64,000 nt of DNA from Azolla caroliniana (taxonomy: Eukaryota; Plantae; Polypodiophyta): contig JBHGNT010000002.1 of the NCBI GenBank assembly GCA_043228905.1, positions 11,470,001 to 11,534,000 on the forward strand, written 5' to 3'. A program made the translations under genes and the position numbers. Positions 47,501-60,482 of the stretch are shown here, piece after piece. Position 1 is the first letter of the stretch. Each line of letters opens with the position of its first letter. The notes below the pieces were generated by a model. That model saw nothing but the letters and a program-made list of their open reading frames with translations, was not told where the DNA came from and did not search any database.

Positions 47501-50275
47501 GATGCCATCTCATCAAACTCGACATCTCGGCTTACTCAGACCTGCTTAGTCTAGGGGTTATAACACTTATACCTCTTTTGCTCATGCGAGTAATCGACTA
47601 GAATGCATTTCTCCGACTTCGGATCTAGCTTCCTCCGCTTCTCATCCGGTACATATACATATGCTATGCTACCGAATATCTGAAGGTGTCTGAAATTTGA
47701 CTTGCGCCCGAAATATAGCTCGTGTGCTGACACCTTGTCACCCAGACCGTCCAGACCGCCTCGGCCCAATAGAAATGGGGCATGCTCTTCTCCTCCAGCA
47801 ATGCCCTTGCCACGTCGACAATCGACCGGTTCTTCCTTTCGGCCACACCGTTTTGCTCCAATGTGTACCTACAACTGAATTCTCTCTTAATTCCTTTCTG
47901 CTGTAGATAACTGTTGAATTGGCAGGAAAAGTATTCTTTCCTACCATCCAACTGCAAGCACTTGATCTTCCTCTCTGTTTCCCGTTCAACCAAGCTTTGA
48001 AGGTTCCGAAAACACTCGAAGACTTCGCTCTTCCTCTCGATGAGGTAGATCCACGTGTGTCGGTTGTAGTCGTCGATGAAGGATACGAAATACCGACTCC
48101 CGCCAAGACTAACTTTTTGTGCCGATCCCCATACATCCGAATGGATTAAATCGAGCTTGTTATGGCTCCGGTTTTGATTGGTGGGGAATGGAAGCCAGTG
48201 TTGCTTTTTGAGTTGGCCGGCTTCACAAATTTCGGCCTTCTATCCGCTAAATTTCGGCAACCCGAAAACGACTTGTTTCGATTGCAGGTCTTGAAACCTC
48301 TGATAGTTGACATGGCCGATCCCCTTGTGCCACAGGTGGATGTCTGATTCGACCTTCTGCGTTGTCACAAACATAGCAGTGCCGACATCATTAGTGTTAA
48401 GGATGAACACCCTCTCGTCTCTGCGCCCTTGCGCAATTATCCAGCCCTCTTCCTCGATGAAGCACCCTAGGTGCATAAACCACACCTACATCCCCTGGTC
48501 GACGATTTGCCCAACTGACACCAGGTTCTTTGTGATAGTCAGAACGTATAGTACGATTTGCCCAACTGACATGGATTAAAGGGACTTCTCCGACATGCAC
48601 AATCGGGTGAGGGGTGTCGTCTCCGGTTTCAACAATCCCCGGTTTTTCCGGTTTCTCCAAAAAAGAGAACCGCTCTTCATGGCTCGTCATGTGGTTGGAC
48701 GCTCCGGAATCAACGTACCATACTTCCTCTGATCCAGAAGTAGTCTTCTTCATCGAGTTAGCCTTGTGCTTCATCACGAAGGTTGGCCCTTTATCAGTTT
48801 TCCCGGTTCCGGATCCTTCCGATCCTTCCGTGTAGTGCAAGCTTTGCCGGTTCTCCCGACCGGTTTTGTCGGATCTGGATTTGTCCGAATCAGCGCGCTT
48901 CTTCCAGCACTCGCTTTCTCTATGGCCCTTTTTGCCACAATACCAACATTCCGTTTCGGCCTTTCCTTGCCGGTTCCCGGCGCCGCTTTGACTCCCCTTG
49001 GTTGTGGAGGGTCCGGAGCTGCTATCAGCACAACCTCTATGCCTCCGGTCCTGCTCTTGTCGGCCACCTCCATTGCGTGCCAATCCACCTCGTCCACCAC
49101 GTCCATGGGGTCGATCTGTCTCCGTGTACAACATCCGGTCGTCCGATTGAGTGGTCCTTGACTCACTTGTGTGGTTTACTTCGACCATCAGCATCGATTG
49201 CAAGTCGAAGGACGGTGGTTTCTCCCAGGTGCAGATCGCTATCCGGATTGGCCCGTACCTTTGCGCTAGACCACCGAGGCAGATTTGTACCATCTCGTCT
49301 TCGTACACCGTCACGTTGATGGACCCGAGGGCGTCGCAAATCTCCTTTATCTTGGTGGTGTAGTTTGTAACCGACATGTCTCTTTGCCGGATGTTGTTCA
49401 GCTCTTGCCGGAGCTGCAACTTACGAGCTGTGGTACTTGCGGCGAAAATCTTCCGTAGATTTTCCCAAGCCTCCTTCGGCGTCTTTGCATCCTTGATGTA
49501 GCTGAGCATTTGATCATGCACACCGGACGTGAGACAATACAGTACCCAACTCGCTCCTTGCTCCCATACCTGGAAATCTTTGTGTGACGGCTCTGGTGCT
49601 AGTTCATTTGTTCCTTCCACGAAGCTCCAATATCCATGCCACAATAGGTATTGGTGCATTGTATATGACCAGGACGCATAGTTGCTCCGGTCGAGCTTCT
49701 CTATTGGAAGTGAACTCGCAATTCCTCTTTCCTTATCTTCTCTCTATTTGTTGTTACCGGGTTCTAGGGTTCGTCTACGGAAGCAAATGTCGGCTGCAGA
49801 GGTTCTCAACCCTCACGCTCTGATACCATGTGAATGTTAATGTGCAGAAGCGTCAGACAGAACTGGTTCAGTCGGATAGCATCCAAAAATGAGATGAATG
49901 TTTAATGGAAAAGATTAAAACACAGAGGAGACAGAGAGAGCAGAACATAAAACTATATTCAAAAATTAACTCTAAAACTCTGTGCATACAACGTGCTAAA
50001 CAACACTATTTATATAAGTCCATAAAGGACTGACAAAAGTACTGACAAGTACTTCAATGCTCACACGTGCGAATGACACTAACTACAAGACAATGATTAC
50101 CTAGTAGTCTAGGCTACTACTAGGCTTCTGGTTCCCGCTCGAATCCGGCTCTCCGATCCAGCTCTCCAATCCGGTCGGTTGTTTCCGGATACTGATCTAG
50201 CTCATCCTTCCGGATGTCAATCCGGCTCAAGCTTATTCAGCCGATCCGGATCTGGTTGAACTTGCTCGCTCAACA
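44516..50275 (-). mobile_element. Full-length degenerate Ty1/copia, LTRs 44516-44888 and 49829-50275, TSD CAAAT
   Basis: TSD at 44511-44515 and 50276-50280. PBS rc ending 49828. gag-PR 48397-49659, IN-RT 46690-47508, RNase H 45552-46145. LTRs clearly diverged, with indels. Confidence 0.93.
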
Positions 50276-50788
50276 CAAATATATCTTCGTGGCGGCGACC
50301 TTCTTTTCGTAAGTGTCCGAAAGTGTCTTCCTGTTGAGAGACAAGCTCAACATCGGCCGGATCGGCTGAAGAAGCCGAGGACCGGATTGGTTGGGACCGA
50401 TCGGTTAGGCCGAGTGCGTAAACCGGGAGGCCGTTAGGAAAGATATTCCGTGAGGAATATATTTGGGAGTTAGTGTAGGAGCTCTTGATGAGCATTGAAG
50501 TATTGTCAGTACTTCGGTCAGTCCTTCCAGGACTTGTGTAAAAGTGTTCACTGAGCACGTCTTATGTACAGACTGAGTATTATTATTGAATATAGTTTTT
50601 CGTGTTTCTCTCTCTGTCTCTCCTGCGTATACCGTGTAAGCCCAAGCTCTCCATTGAACCTGAGTTTCCTTCCTCTGTTCTGTCTTCATACTTGCTTCCG
50701 CACGCTACTTTCTACATGGTATCAGAGCACGAGGGTTGAGAACCTCTCTACAGCCGACACAGCTTGACGAAGAAGACCGAGAAGAACG

Positions 50789-52012
50789 ATGGATAGAGGC
50801 ATGGCGAGCTCGCTTCCAACAGAGAAGCTCGACAAAACCAACTACGCGTCTTGGTCCTACAAGATGCACCAGTACCTGCTCGGGCACGGCTACTGGAGTT
50901 ATGTCGAAGGAGCTAATGAAGCGACACCCGAATCGACACACAGAGACTTCCCATCGTGGGAGCAATCGGCGAGCAGGGTATTGTACTGCTTCGCATCATG
51001 TGTGGGCGAACAGCTATTGAGCTATGTTCGGGATGCAAAGACGCCGAAGGGTGCGTGGGAAAATCTAAAGAAGATTTTCGCCGTGAGCACCACAGCCAGG
51101 AAGCTTCAGCTCCGACAGGAGTTGAGCAACCTACGACAATGCGATTTGTCGGTGGCGGACTATACCTTGAAGATCAAGGATATCTGCAACTCCCTCGCCT
51201 CCATAGAGGTGAACATCGAGGAGAGCGAGATGGTCCAGATCTGTCTCGGAGGTTTGGCGTCGAAGTTCGGAGCGTTCCGAACGGCTGTGTGTACCCGGGA
51301 GAATACGTCGTCCTTTTTTTACTTACAGTCGATGCTCCTGGTAGAGGAGAACCACGCGGGTGCGTCGACAAGCACGCACACCGACAACAAGATGTTGTGC
51401 ACGGAGGGAGAAAGGCCCCGTGGTCGTGGCGGACGAGGCGAGTCGGTACGCAATGGAAGCGGCCGACGAGATCAAGGAAGAAGGCACCGAAGTGATGCCG
51501 ACAGCAACTCCGGACCCTCCGGAAACAGGGGGAGTCGAAGCAATGAGAACCGGCAAGGGAAGGCCATCGCGGAGTGCTGGTACTGTGGCAAGAAAGGCCA
51601 CAAGGAAAGTGAGTGCTGGAAGAAGCGCGCCGATTCGGAGAGAAATGGCTCCAGAAATACCGACAAGGGAAATCGGCAGCAATCGCACTACGTCGAAGAC
51701 TCCGGGAGAGCCGGAGAAGGGTCTGCCTTCGTGTCAAGACACGAAACAAACTCAATGAAACAGAGCACCCCGAGATCGGATGAGGTGTGGTACGTAGACT
51801 CCGGCGCGTCAAACCACATGACGAGCCATAAGGAGTGGTTCTCGTACCTTGAAAAACCGGTACAACCGGGAGTAGTCGCAACAGGAGACGACACTCCGCA
51901 TCCGATCGCGAATGTCGGAGAAGTTCCCCTTAGCCATGTCGGGCAGAAAGGGAAACTCATGAACGTGTTGCACGTTCCGACAATCACGAAGAACTTGGTC
52001 TCGGTCGGATAG
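50789..52012 (+). CDS. Copia gag-protease ORF (407 aa, premature stop)
   Basis: EKLDKTNYASW, CWYCGKKGHKESEC, WYVDSGASNHM. Confidence 0.7.
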   Translation: MDRGMASSLPTEKLDKTNYASWSYKMHQYLLGHGYWSYVEGANEATPESTHRDFPSWEQSASRVLYCFASCVGEQLLSYVRDAKTPKGAWENLKKIFAVSTTARKLQLRQELSNLRQCDLSVADYTLKIKDICNSLASIEVNIEESEMVQICLGGLASKFGAFRTAVCTRENTSSFFYLQSMLLVEENHAGASTSTHTDNKMLCTEGERPRGRGGRGESVRNGSGRRDQGRRHRSDADSNSGPSGNRGSRSNENRQGKAIAECWYCGKKGHKESECWKKRADSERNGSRNTDKGNRQQSHYVEDSGRAGEGSAFVSRHETNSMKQSTPRSDEVWYVDSGASNHMTSHKEWFSYLEKPVQPGVVATGDDTPHPIANVGEVPLSHVGQKGKLMNVLHVPTITKNLVSVG

Positions 52013-52425
52013 ATCGTCGACCAAGGGATGGAGGTTCGGTTTACACACCTCGGGTGCTTCATTGAGGAAGAAGGCCGTGTGATTGCGCAAGGGCGCAGAG
52101 ACGGGAGGATGTTCATCCTCGACTCCACTGACGGCGGCACCGCAATGTTCGCGAAGGGACAAAAGACCGAGTCGGACATCGACTTGTGGCACAAGCGGAT
52201 AGGCCACGTCAACTACCAACGGCTTCAAGATCTACGGGTAGCACGGGCCATGATGAACGAGAAGCATATGCCCAAGTCAAATTGGGCCGAAGCGGCAAAT
52301 ACGGCTGTCTACCTAATGAACCGGTGCACAACATCTGGCGTGCACGAGGTCACTCCGCACGAAAGATTCTTCGGAAAGAAGCCGAACCTATCACATGTTC
52401 GGATATTCGGCTCCATTGCGTACGT

Positions 52426-53838
52426 TGTCCTGAAGAAAACCGTCCCTTAGCGCAATCGGTGCATAGCGCGCGTGAACCGGCTCTTCACGCGTGCGCGCCC
52501 TTAATGTATATAATAGGGAATTAGGTACATAGGTATATCCTAGGTAGTTAGATTCGGTAGGTAGGAAGTAAATGAGGGAGACGGCTCCCTTCTTGACGCT
52601 ATAAAGGAGAGGGAGACGCAGGGAGAAGGGATCGCGCATTGAGGAGGACGAAGTGCTGTCGGACCGTAACCGAACGCTTCTCCTCTGTTTGTTCTCTATT
52701 GCTCTTCTTTGCAGGTTTTCGGGAGGCTCGCGCTGCTTCGAAGAACGCCCGTGTGCTTCCGGCAGCACCTCCATCCTATCCCCTTTCGTGCGCAGACGAC
52801 CAGGCATCGACATCTGTTCGCCGGCCTGTTCGGTTGTAACCGCTCGCGTGCTCTGTTGTTTTTGTGTCACTTGTTAATATACAAACATTCTGTCTCTCTG
52901 TCTCTGTGTCCATTCGTCTCTTCTGCGTTGACGGGTCGTGTCCCTGTGTTTCTTTGCTCATACATAATCGGTCGTTTCTCTCTTTCTCTTTCCCTTCCTA
53001 TCACCTGCGCTTCGGTTCAAGACCCCGGTGGTCCCGCCTCGTTTCTCCACGCACGCGCGTAATAACACGACATATTTGGTGAACCCAACGTGAAACAGGC
53101 GGCAGAGGAGCAGAAGATGAGGGGGTCGGATCTTGCAGAGGCCATGGCTTCGGCCGTGGACTGGATAGTGAGCGTGCGTGAGGGCACCGGCGCCCTTGAC
53201 AGGGCTATTGAGGCGATCGTCGGTATGATCGGCCGGTTCAGTGGAAAGGATGCCACGAGTTATTTGGCGTCCTACCGGGCGGAGATGTTGATGAGGGATA
53301 TTCCGAAAGAGAGGCGTCTTGCCGGATTCCCTCGAGTGGCGATGCCGGGCATCCATGCAGAGGCCTTCGCCGGAAGGTCGATCTACTCGGTCGGTGATCT
53401 GTACTCGGGGTACGATCAATTCCAACTAGCTGTAGAGAGCAGAGACATTACGACGATGCGGACTCCTCTCGGCCTAGTGCGGATGTGTACCCTGCCACAA
53501 GGAGGGACGAACTCGGTGGCCCACATGGTGAATGCGATGAACAACGTGCTAAGGGATTGTATCCCGGACATCACCATGCCGTTCTTGGACGATATCTCGA
53601 TCAAGGGATGTCCGGTGGAAGACAAGGACGAAACGATCGGACCAGACAGATGCCGGAAATTCGTGGCGACACACGTTGACGACTGCGAGAGGGTGCTGCA
53701 GAGGCTAGAGGACGCGAGGCTCACCTTCTCCGGGGAGAAATCGGCCTTCGGGCAATCAGAGATCATGGTCGTCGGACATCTATGCGGACCGTATGGCCGG
53801 AAACCGTCTCCGGCTAAGGTGGAAGCCATCTCCACAAT
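52426..53838 (+). mobile_element. Ty3/gypsy fragment: LTR 52426-53072, tRNA-Trp-type PBS, gag fused to RT
   Basis: TGTC..GACA ends. PBS TGGTGAACCCAACGTGA (53077-53093). ORF 53090-53857 with DLYSGYDQ..TPLGLVRMCTLPQG.TNS..PFLDD. Confidence 0.85.
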
Positions 53839-55224
53839 GGAGCCGAGGACCGGATAGGTTGGGACCGATCGGTTAGGCCGAGTGCGTAAACCTGGAGGCT
53901 GTTAGGAAAGATATTCCGTGAGGAATATATTTGGGAGTTAGTGTAGGAGCTCTTGATGAGCATTGAAGTATTGTCAGTACTTCGGTCAGTCCTTCCAGGA
54001 CTTGTATAAAAGTGTTCACTGAGCACGTCTTATGTACAGACTGAGTATTATTATTGAATATAGTTTTTCGTGTTTCTCTCTCTGTCTCTCCTGCGTATAC
54101 TGTGTAAGCCCAAGCTCTCCATTGAACCTGAGTTTCCTTCCTCTGTTTTGTCTTCATACTTGCTTCCGCACGCTACTTTCTACACTTCCATAGTTGGAAG
54201 GTAGTCCAACACGATTGCACTGTAAAGTACACGGACTCCGATAGGTGCATTCGAATAGTGGTTCGAACAATTCTGTCGAGCTTCTCCTATTCAAGCAGCT
54301 TGTATCCTTCTGGAGCATTTTCGTTTTCGATGGGGTCAATTTGCCCCTTGACTATTAAATAATCTTTCATCTACTCCTTCTAGAAGTTGAAGTTCGAGCC
54401 GTCAAACTTCCTTAGACTCATCTCTGATGAGTCGGATGTTGATGTCATTTGTGTCGATTTTGGGAGGCTTTGATCGGGGTTGGCTACGAACAGTGGTTGG
54501 GTGCAGCAGACTAGCTCCCCTGAATTTGTTCTAGTCGAGTTTGAACACAAGCTGAATCTTATTCAAAATTCGGGAGACTCGATCCGAAGTGACTACAGCT
54601 GACCAGCCTAGTCGAGTTGGACCCGAGTATGTTGATTCAATTTTGAATGTCGATTTCTAAACATAGAGTATGTGTCGATTATCCAAGCTGGTCCTGCTTC
54701 GGGTGACTACGACAATGAGAAGAATAGATTCAGCTAAGCTTTTCGAATGTTGTCTAGCCGAATGAAGCAAGGAAGGGGGATGTTCCTAGAGCCTAGAAAA
54801 CTACGAGTGATAACGACAAGCAAGTGACTAGTGTCAGGGGACTGCTCAATTGTTGTCTAATCCAATGTAGTAAGGTTGAGGTAGAGCTTGTGAAGCGAAA
54901 TCTCACTCCGAGCGACTACAATCACAGGAGTGAAGTGCAACCGATTGGCTCACTTCAATGGTGATTTAGAACAGTGGAGTGTAGATTTTGTTGGTGTTTC
55001 TCTTCGCGAAAACGATCTTGTAGAGGGTTGCCAACCGAGATCTTCACGGTGTACAAAAGAAGAGTTGTTGATGGAGATAAAGACGACGGCAACAGAATTG
55101 AGAACACCAAGATCTAATACTAGATGTTGTAAACGTAGTCATCTAGGTGCGAAACAATCTCAGCGCTCTTCTGTGAGGAGATCATTTATAGATGCAATGA
55201 AGAATATTGATGGCAACTGAAACA

Positions 55225-57408
55225 TGTAAAAGAATACGTGCAAAAGCTTAACAGACACAACGGGTAACAATAGATAAAAGACAGGAGACAAGGAAGATAA
55301 GGAAGGTTTAATGGAAAGCTTAATCAACACAAGGTACGCGGGAGAGGCACAGAGAGCAGAACACAAAAAACTCTATTCCAAAATAATACTCTAAAACTCT
55401 ATACATAGGATGTGCTCAAAGAGAACTTTTGTACAAGTCCATACGGACTGATAGAAGTACTAACACATACTTCAATGCTCATCAATTAGCCCCTACACTA
55501 ACTCCCAAAAATATATTCCTCCACGGAATATCTATCCAACGGCCTCCCGGTTTACGCACCGCTACGGCCTCTCGTTGCACACCCGGTTTACACACCTAGT
55601 CTACGCACTGGTTTATGCACCCAATGTTAAGCTTGTATCTCAACACTCCCCATCAAGCTCAACTTGAGGTTCCGCCTTCTCTTCTGGATCTTCGTTCTGG
55701 CTTCTCCTGGCTTCACGCCTCGCTCACGCTCCTACACCCGTTCGATTCCGCGCGCCTTGACCCTTTTGGTCGGCTTGTCTACTCGTGCGGCATTTCTTAG
55801 CTCCCTTGTTGTCGCGGTGTTGGTGCCTCTTCCGCTGCCCTTTCCTTCACTTGGCCTTCAGTTGATTCGGCGTCCAATCAGGTTTACACCCACCTGCATC
55901 CAATCAGGTTTACACCCTTTGGGGCGTCAACCAAGTCCCATATTTCATTTTACGCTAATGTGTGCATCTCTTCCTCCATTGCAGCACACCAATTTGCGTC
56001 CTTCACCACTTCTGTGTAGCTCTCTGGCTCATGCACTTCCGCCACTCGTGTCATGTATGCATAATGATGCGCCATGTACTCGTTGTATACGAACTGCACC
56101 ACGGGGTTCTTTTGGCGGGTAGATCAACGTAATTGCTCATTAGCCGATTTTGAGGCCCTCTTGGCCGACGTGGACTTCGTTTCCGAAGATCCGTCTTCAT
56201 TCTTCTCGTAGTCGGATTCGCTTCGATCCGACTCGTCTTTATCAATGTCATACTCCGGCATCTTCTTCTTTCCCTTCTCTTTGCACGTAAACTGTCTCCT
56301 TGGCTTCGTACGCGGGGAATGCACGGTCGAGTCTCCACTACTCGTCAGCTCTGCATCTGATTGGTCATGCCGACTTAGTCGCTCATTCGGCCCATTTAGC
56401 CTAAATGAGATCGGACTCTCTTCAAGAGCTCCGATGTCTCCTTCATCGCGAGGCACATCAACCCCGCTGACCTCTTCGTCAGAGATTGGAATTCATCAGG
56501 GGTTGGAGGCGAAGGCAAGTACCACGACGCATACTCGTCGAACACAACATCACGACTTACGCGAGATTGTTTGGTTCGGGGTTTATAACATTTATAACCC
56601 TTCTATTCATCCGAGTAGCCAACCAAGATACACTTCTAGGCTTTAGCATCCAGCTTCCTCCGTTTCTCCTTCGGCACATGCACATACGTGATGCTACCGA
56701 AAACCCTCAAGTGTGCCAAGTTCGGCGTCTTCCTGAAGTACAAGTCATGTGGCGACACTCCTCCATTGACAGATGCCCGATTTTGGAGGTAGACGGTTGT
56801 TTTGATCGCTTCGGCCCAATAGAACTTCGGCAGATGCTTCTTTTCAAGCATTGCCCTTGCCGCCTCCTCTATCGTCTGATTCTTCCTCTCGGCCACGTCG
56901 TTCTGTTGCGGCGTGTATCTACACGAGAATTCAAGTTGAATTCACTCCTTCTATAGATAACTCAAGCACTAGTGTACTGCTTCCCACCATCGAACCTTAG
57001 GCACTTGAACTTTCGCCCAGTGTCCCTTTTTGCAAGGCTCTTCACCTTCAGGAAACACGTGAAGACTTCGTTGTTTTTCACGATAAAGCACGCCCAAGTG
57101 TGCCGAGTGAAGTCATCGATGAAGGTTACGAATTAAGGGCTTCCTCCGGGTCCCCATACATCTGAATGGATCACATCGAGCGGATTTCAACTCCGATTAC
57201 ACTCGTTGGGGAATGGAAGTCGGTGTTGCTTCCCGAGTTGGCAGGCTTCGTAGACTTGGCCGTTCCGGCCACTAACTTTCGTCCGAAAATAATGTTCTTT
57301 GTCTACATTTCACGAAACTGCGGGAAGTTAACATGGCCGATTATGATTTGACGCTCCGGAATCAACATACCACACCTCGTTCAGTTCCAAGGTGTTCACT
57401 GCCATCGA
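55225..57408 (-). mobile_element. Ty1/copia 3' LTR (55225-55645) plus multiply deleted interior
   Basis: LTR matches 21269-21692. PPT 55646-55653. IN fragments at 56636-56896 and linker at 56124-56456. Confidence 0.85.
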
Positions 57409-60400
57409 TGTTGTCCGTCGGTGTTGTCCGCCGAACCTAACGCTTAAAAGAATAGAATATATTATTAGAAGCGTCAAAGAAACGCATGTAACAGTTCACG
57501 CTAGGAGCGTAACGGACTAAAAGCCCTAGGTATATAAAGGGCGGAAATCCTTTGTAAAGGACTAGCGTGTATTTTGAGAGCTACCTTCTGTAATACAGTA
57601 CTATCTTCTTTGATTCCATTGCCTGTGCAAATCGTCTACTGATTCAGTGTAGTACTCTGTTGGTAGCTATAGGCTAGTAAGCGTAGGGTAAGTGTGCATA
57701 TGAGATCACGCACTGGTGAGCTTTGGTTGTAGCCGTCTCCCTTCACACCCGACGATACGCTTTGCTTTGTAAGCATGTTACAATTCACGCACTTACAAAT
57801 CTATTTCTTGCACCGCAATCACCTTGAAGTCTACCTCGAAGGACTGAGAGTAGACTGTGTTCCTAATCGGCAACACTTTTGGCATGCATGGTGGAACCAT
57901 GGTTCAGCACAAACGAGCAACAAGGTATGGATGACTAGCCGTAGACGAGCCAGAGAACCCACCCAACAAGATCGACCACTGACGAGGTCTATCACTCACC
58001 AGACAGAAGAGTGCGCTAAGCGGAAACCCCGCCTCAGCGACCACGACTACTCCTTCCAAGAGTACACAGTAGTCTCCATGCTCACAGAACAACGCAACGT
58101 CGACCACGAAGTCCTGTCGTCACACGACCAAGACACAATAGTCTACATCGCGAAAGCAAGAGTTTTCCCCTGTCGATCGTCAACACAACGTCTGGAATGG
58201 CTTTCTCATACCCCCGCTTCAACGGAGAAGCAGATGCCGCTAACCACACCCAGCTATTCCTCAATGTTTTGAATGTGAATCTTATGGCACAACGGTTTCC
58301 AAACACGAAAGCTCACACTTCGAAGATCGCCGAGTTCGGGTTAACGTTGGACGGTCGGGTTGCGCACTGGCATTCCCAGATGGATTTGACAACAATCACA
58401 ACCTTCGACCAGTTGCAATCAGCGTTCTTGTGTTTTTTCCATCAGAAGGTGCCACAACGTGAAATAATCGGGTAGTTCTATACCATCAAGCAACTTCCCA
58501 CAGAATCCGTAGTGGATTTCAGTCTACAATTCCAGAGTCTACGGTGGAATCTTACACGAGCCCCGACAGACGAAGAGGCCAAGGAAACATTCTTGGCAGC
58601 TCTAAGACGGCCTATCCGAACGATGTTGAACATGCATAGTGTGAAAGGGGAGATAGCTAACATGGTCATCGAGCGAGCATTACAACTCAAATTAGAGGAA
58701 GAAGATGAGGGATTGTCCATGGCATCTCTACGACAAGCGTTGCCTCAGGAAGAGGAGCATCGATTTCGCCAGGCCATTCAGTGTACCGTCTGTTTAAACT
58801 CCGGACATTCCACGGTCGACTGCAACATGCGAATACATTGCCCCATTTGCCATTCACGGGCACACACGGTGGACCAATGCGAGTATAATATGCTAAACAG
58901 GCCCACACCCGTAGTACGGCGTATGGAGCCACAACAACAATCTCGCAGGAATGATTCGGGACGACAGGAAGAACGTCCCCGGTATACAGACCGAAATCAG
59001 CACATGGAGCACCAGTATCGTAAAAACCGTAACACCGACCCGTACTCCGATGAAGAAGATCAAGAAGAGGAAGAATATCGGAGTACCAACCGTTACAATC
59101 GGGGGGGGGGGGGGGGGCGTCGTTACGAAAATCGACGACCTACAAACAATCGTCGAGGATTCAACGAGGCTCATACAAATGGAAACAATCGTCAACATAA
59201 GGACCAACGTCGTTATGACAAAAGTTCAAAGGATGACCGGCATCAAGGGTCACGCCAAGAATACCGTCAACAACTCCGGAATAACAGGCGACTCCAGCAT
59301 AACCGAGACGAACAAGCAGTACCGGCGGAAACTAATACACCTCAGGTAGTAGAAAGAGGCGAGTCCAACGTACTCTGTTTCGTGTGTCAACATCTCGGTC
59401 ATTACATGACGCAGTGTCCACGTCGGAAAGGAAAGGAGGCAGCCATGAATACCATCACGAGAGAAGGCCAGCAAGTCACGACACGACAATAGGCAAAGAA
59501 TGCAAATTGGGCAGAACAAGATGAGATACGCAAGGCAACCCAGGCCTGGGTAGAAGAAGCAAATGCGGCAAACTTGGAGCGTATGAAGCAGGAGTCCGCA
59601 ATCCGGAAATTAGGCATTGTCGTTGGCGGCCATTGCTTCGACATCTCTACGGTAGTGCTCACACTAGACGCTCTGAGAGCGTACCCTATATTGCTTGGCA
59701 GACCTTGGCTACGCTCAGCCAACATCAAACAGAATTGGTAGCATAATTGTATCAGCTTCCGGCGAGGCCGAAGCAAAGTTCGCGTGCCCACTCAAGAAAC
59801 GGCGGCACCAACCAAGGGCATAACGCCATTATACGCTGAAGATATACATATGCTGGAAGGAGTAGATGATACAAAGCTTGAGGCGTACCTAGAGGATCAC
59901 CCGCGGATCGTTCCGTTATTTGAAATTGACATAATAGAAACCGTTGCGGAATACGTCTCAACTAATACACTTGAGGAAGTTGCATACAAACTGAACCCAA
60001 AGTCGTTAATGGAGTTAAGTAGAGCACGCGCAGGGTTCGAGAGAGGAATGGAAATCTCGCGGCGAGTCACTGCTTCGGCATTAGAAGAAGTCAATATCGA
60101 AACCACGGCGGAACCTTGACTACTCTCAATTGCAAAGGACTTGATCCCAAGTGAGAAGATGACAATGATAGAGCTGCTCAAGGAATATAAGGATGTTTTC
60201 GCATGGTCACATGAGGACATGCAGGGGTTGGATCCAAAATTTTACTAGCACAAGATCAACTTGTCCATCGACGCGAAACCAGTGCAGCAACGTCACTATC
60301 GAATGAACCTGAATTACGTTGTTCACGTAAAAGAAGAAATTGACAAACTTCTAAAAACAGGGTTTATCCGGCCGGTGAAGCAGGTCACGTGGCTGAGCCC

Positions 60401-60482
60401 GATAGTCGTGGTACCAAAGAAAAATGGTAAATTTCGCGTTTGCGTGGATTATCGTAAGGTTAACGCCGTGATGATTACAGAC
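57409..60482 (+). mobile_element. Ty3/gypsy (non-chromovirus, Tat/Athila-like): LTR 57409-57875, gag, partial PR, RT start
   Basis: TGTTG..CAACA ends. PBS-like TGGCATGCATGGTGGAA 57880-57896. gag YPRFNGE.. (58197) with CCHC knuckles; ILLGRPWL; EYKDVFAW; WLSPIVVVPKKNGKFRVCVDYRK. Confidence 0.85.

Larger units (their letters stand above)
50332..54184 (+). mobile_element. Ty1/copia with TSD CTTCC; 5' LTR 50332-50716, partial 3' LTR ~53841-54184; RT/RH lost and replaced by a gypsy fragment
   Basis: TSD at 50327-50331 and 54185-54189. PBS TGGTATCAGAGC 50717-50728. gag-PR ORF 50789-52012; internally deleted IN 52028-52425. Confidence 0.92.
41902..55224 (-). mobile_element. Degenerate Tork/TNT1-like copia host whose gag is interrupted by two TSD-bounded copia insertions
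   Basis: gag starts ~54448 (KFDGSNFNF), continues at 50276-50331 (WKTLSDTYEKKVAATKIYL) and 44199-44515 (RLYNLRMKESDS). WFLDSGASFH at 43719-44042, IN at 42719-43350, RT at 41902-42300. Degenerate PBS/LTR start near 55110-55130. Confidence 0.8.
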
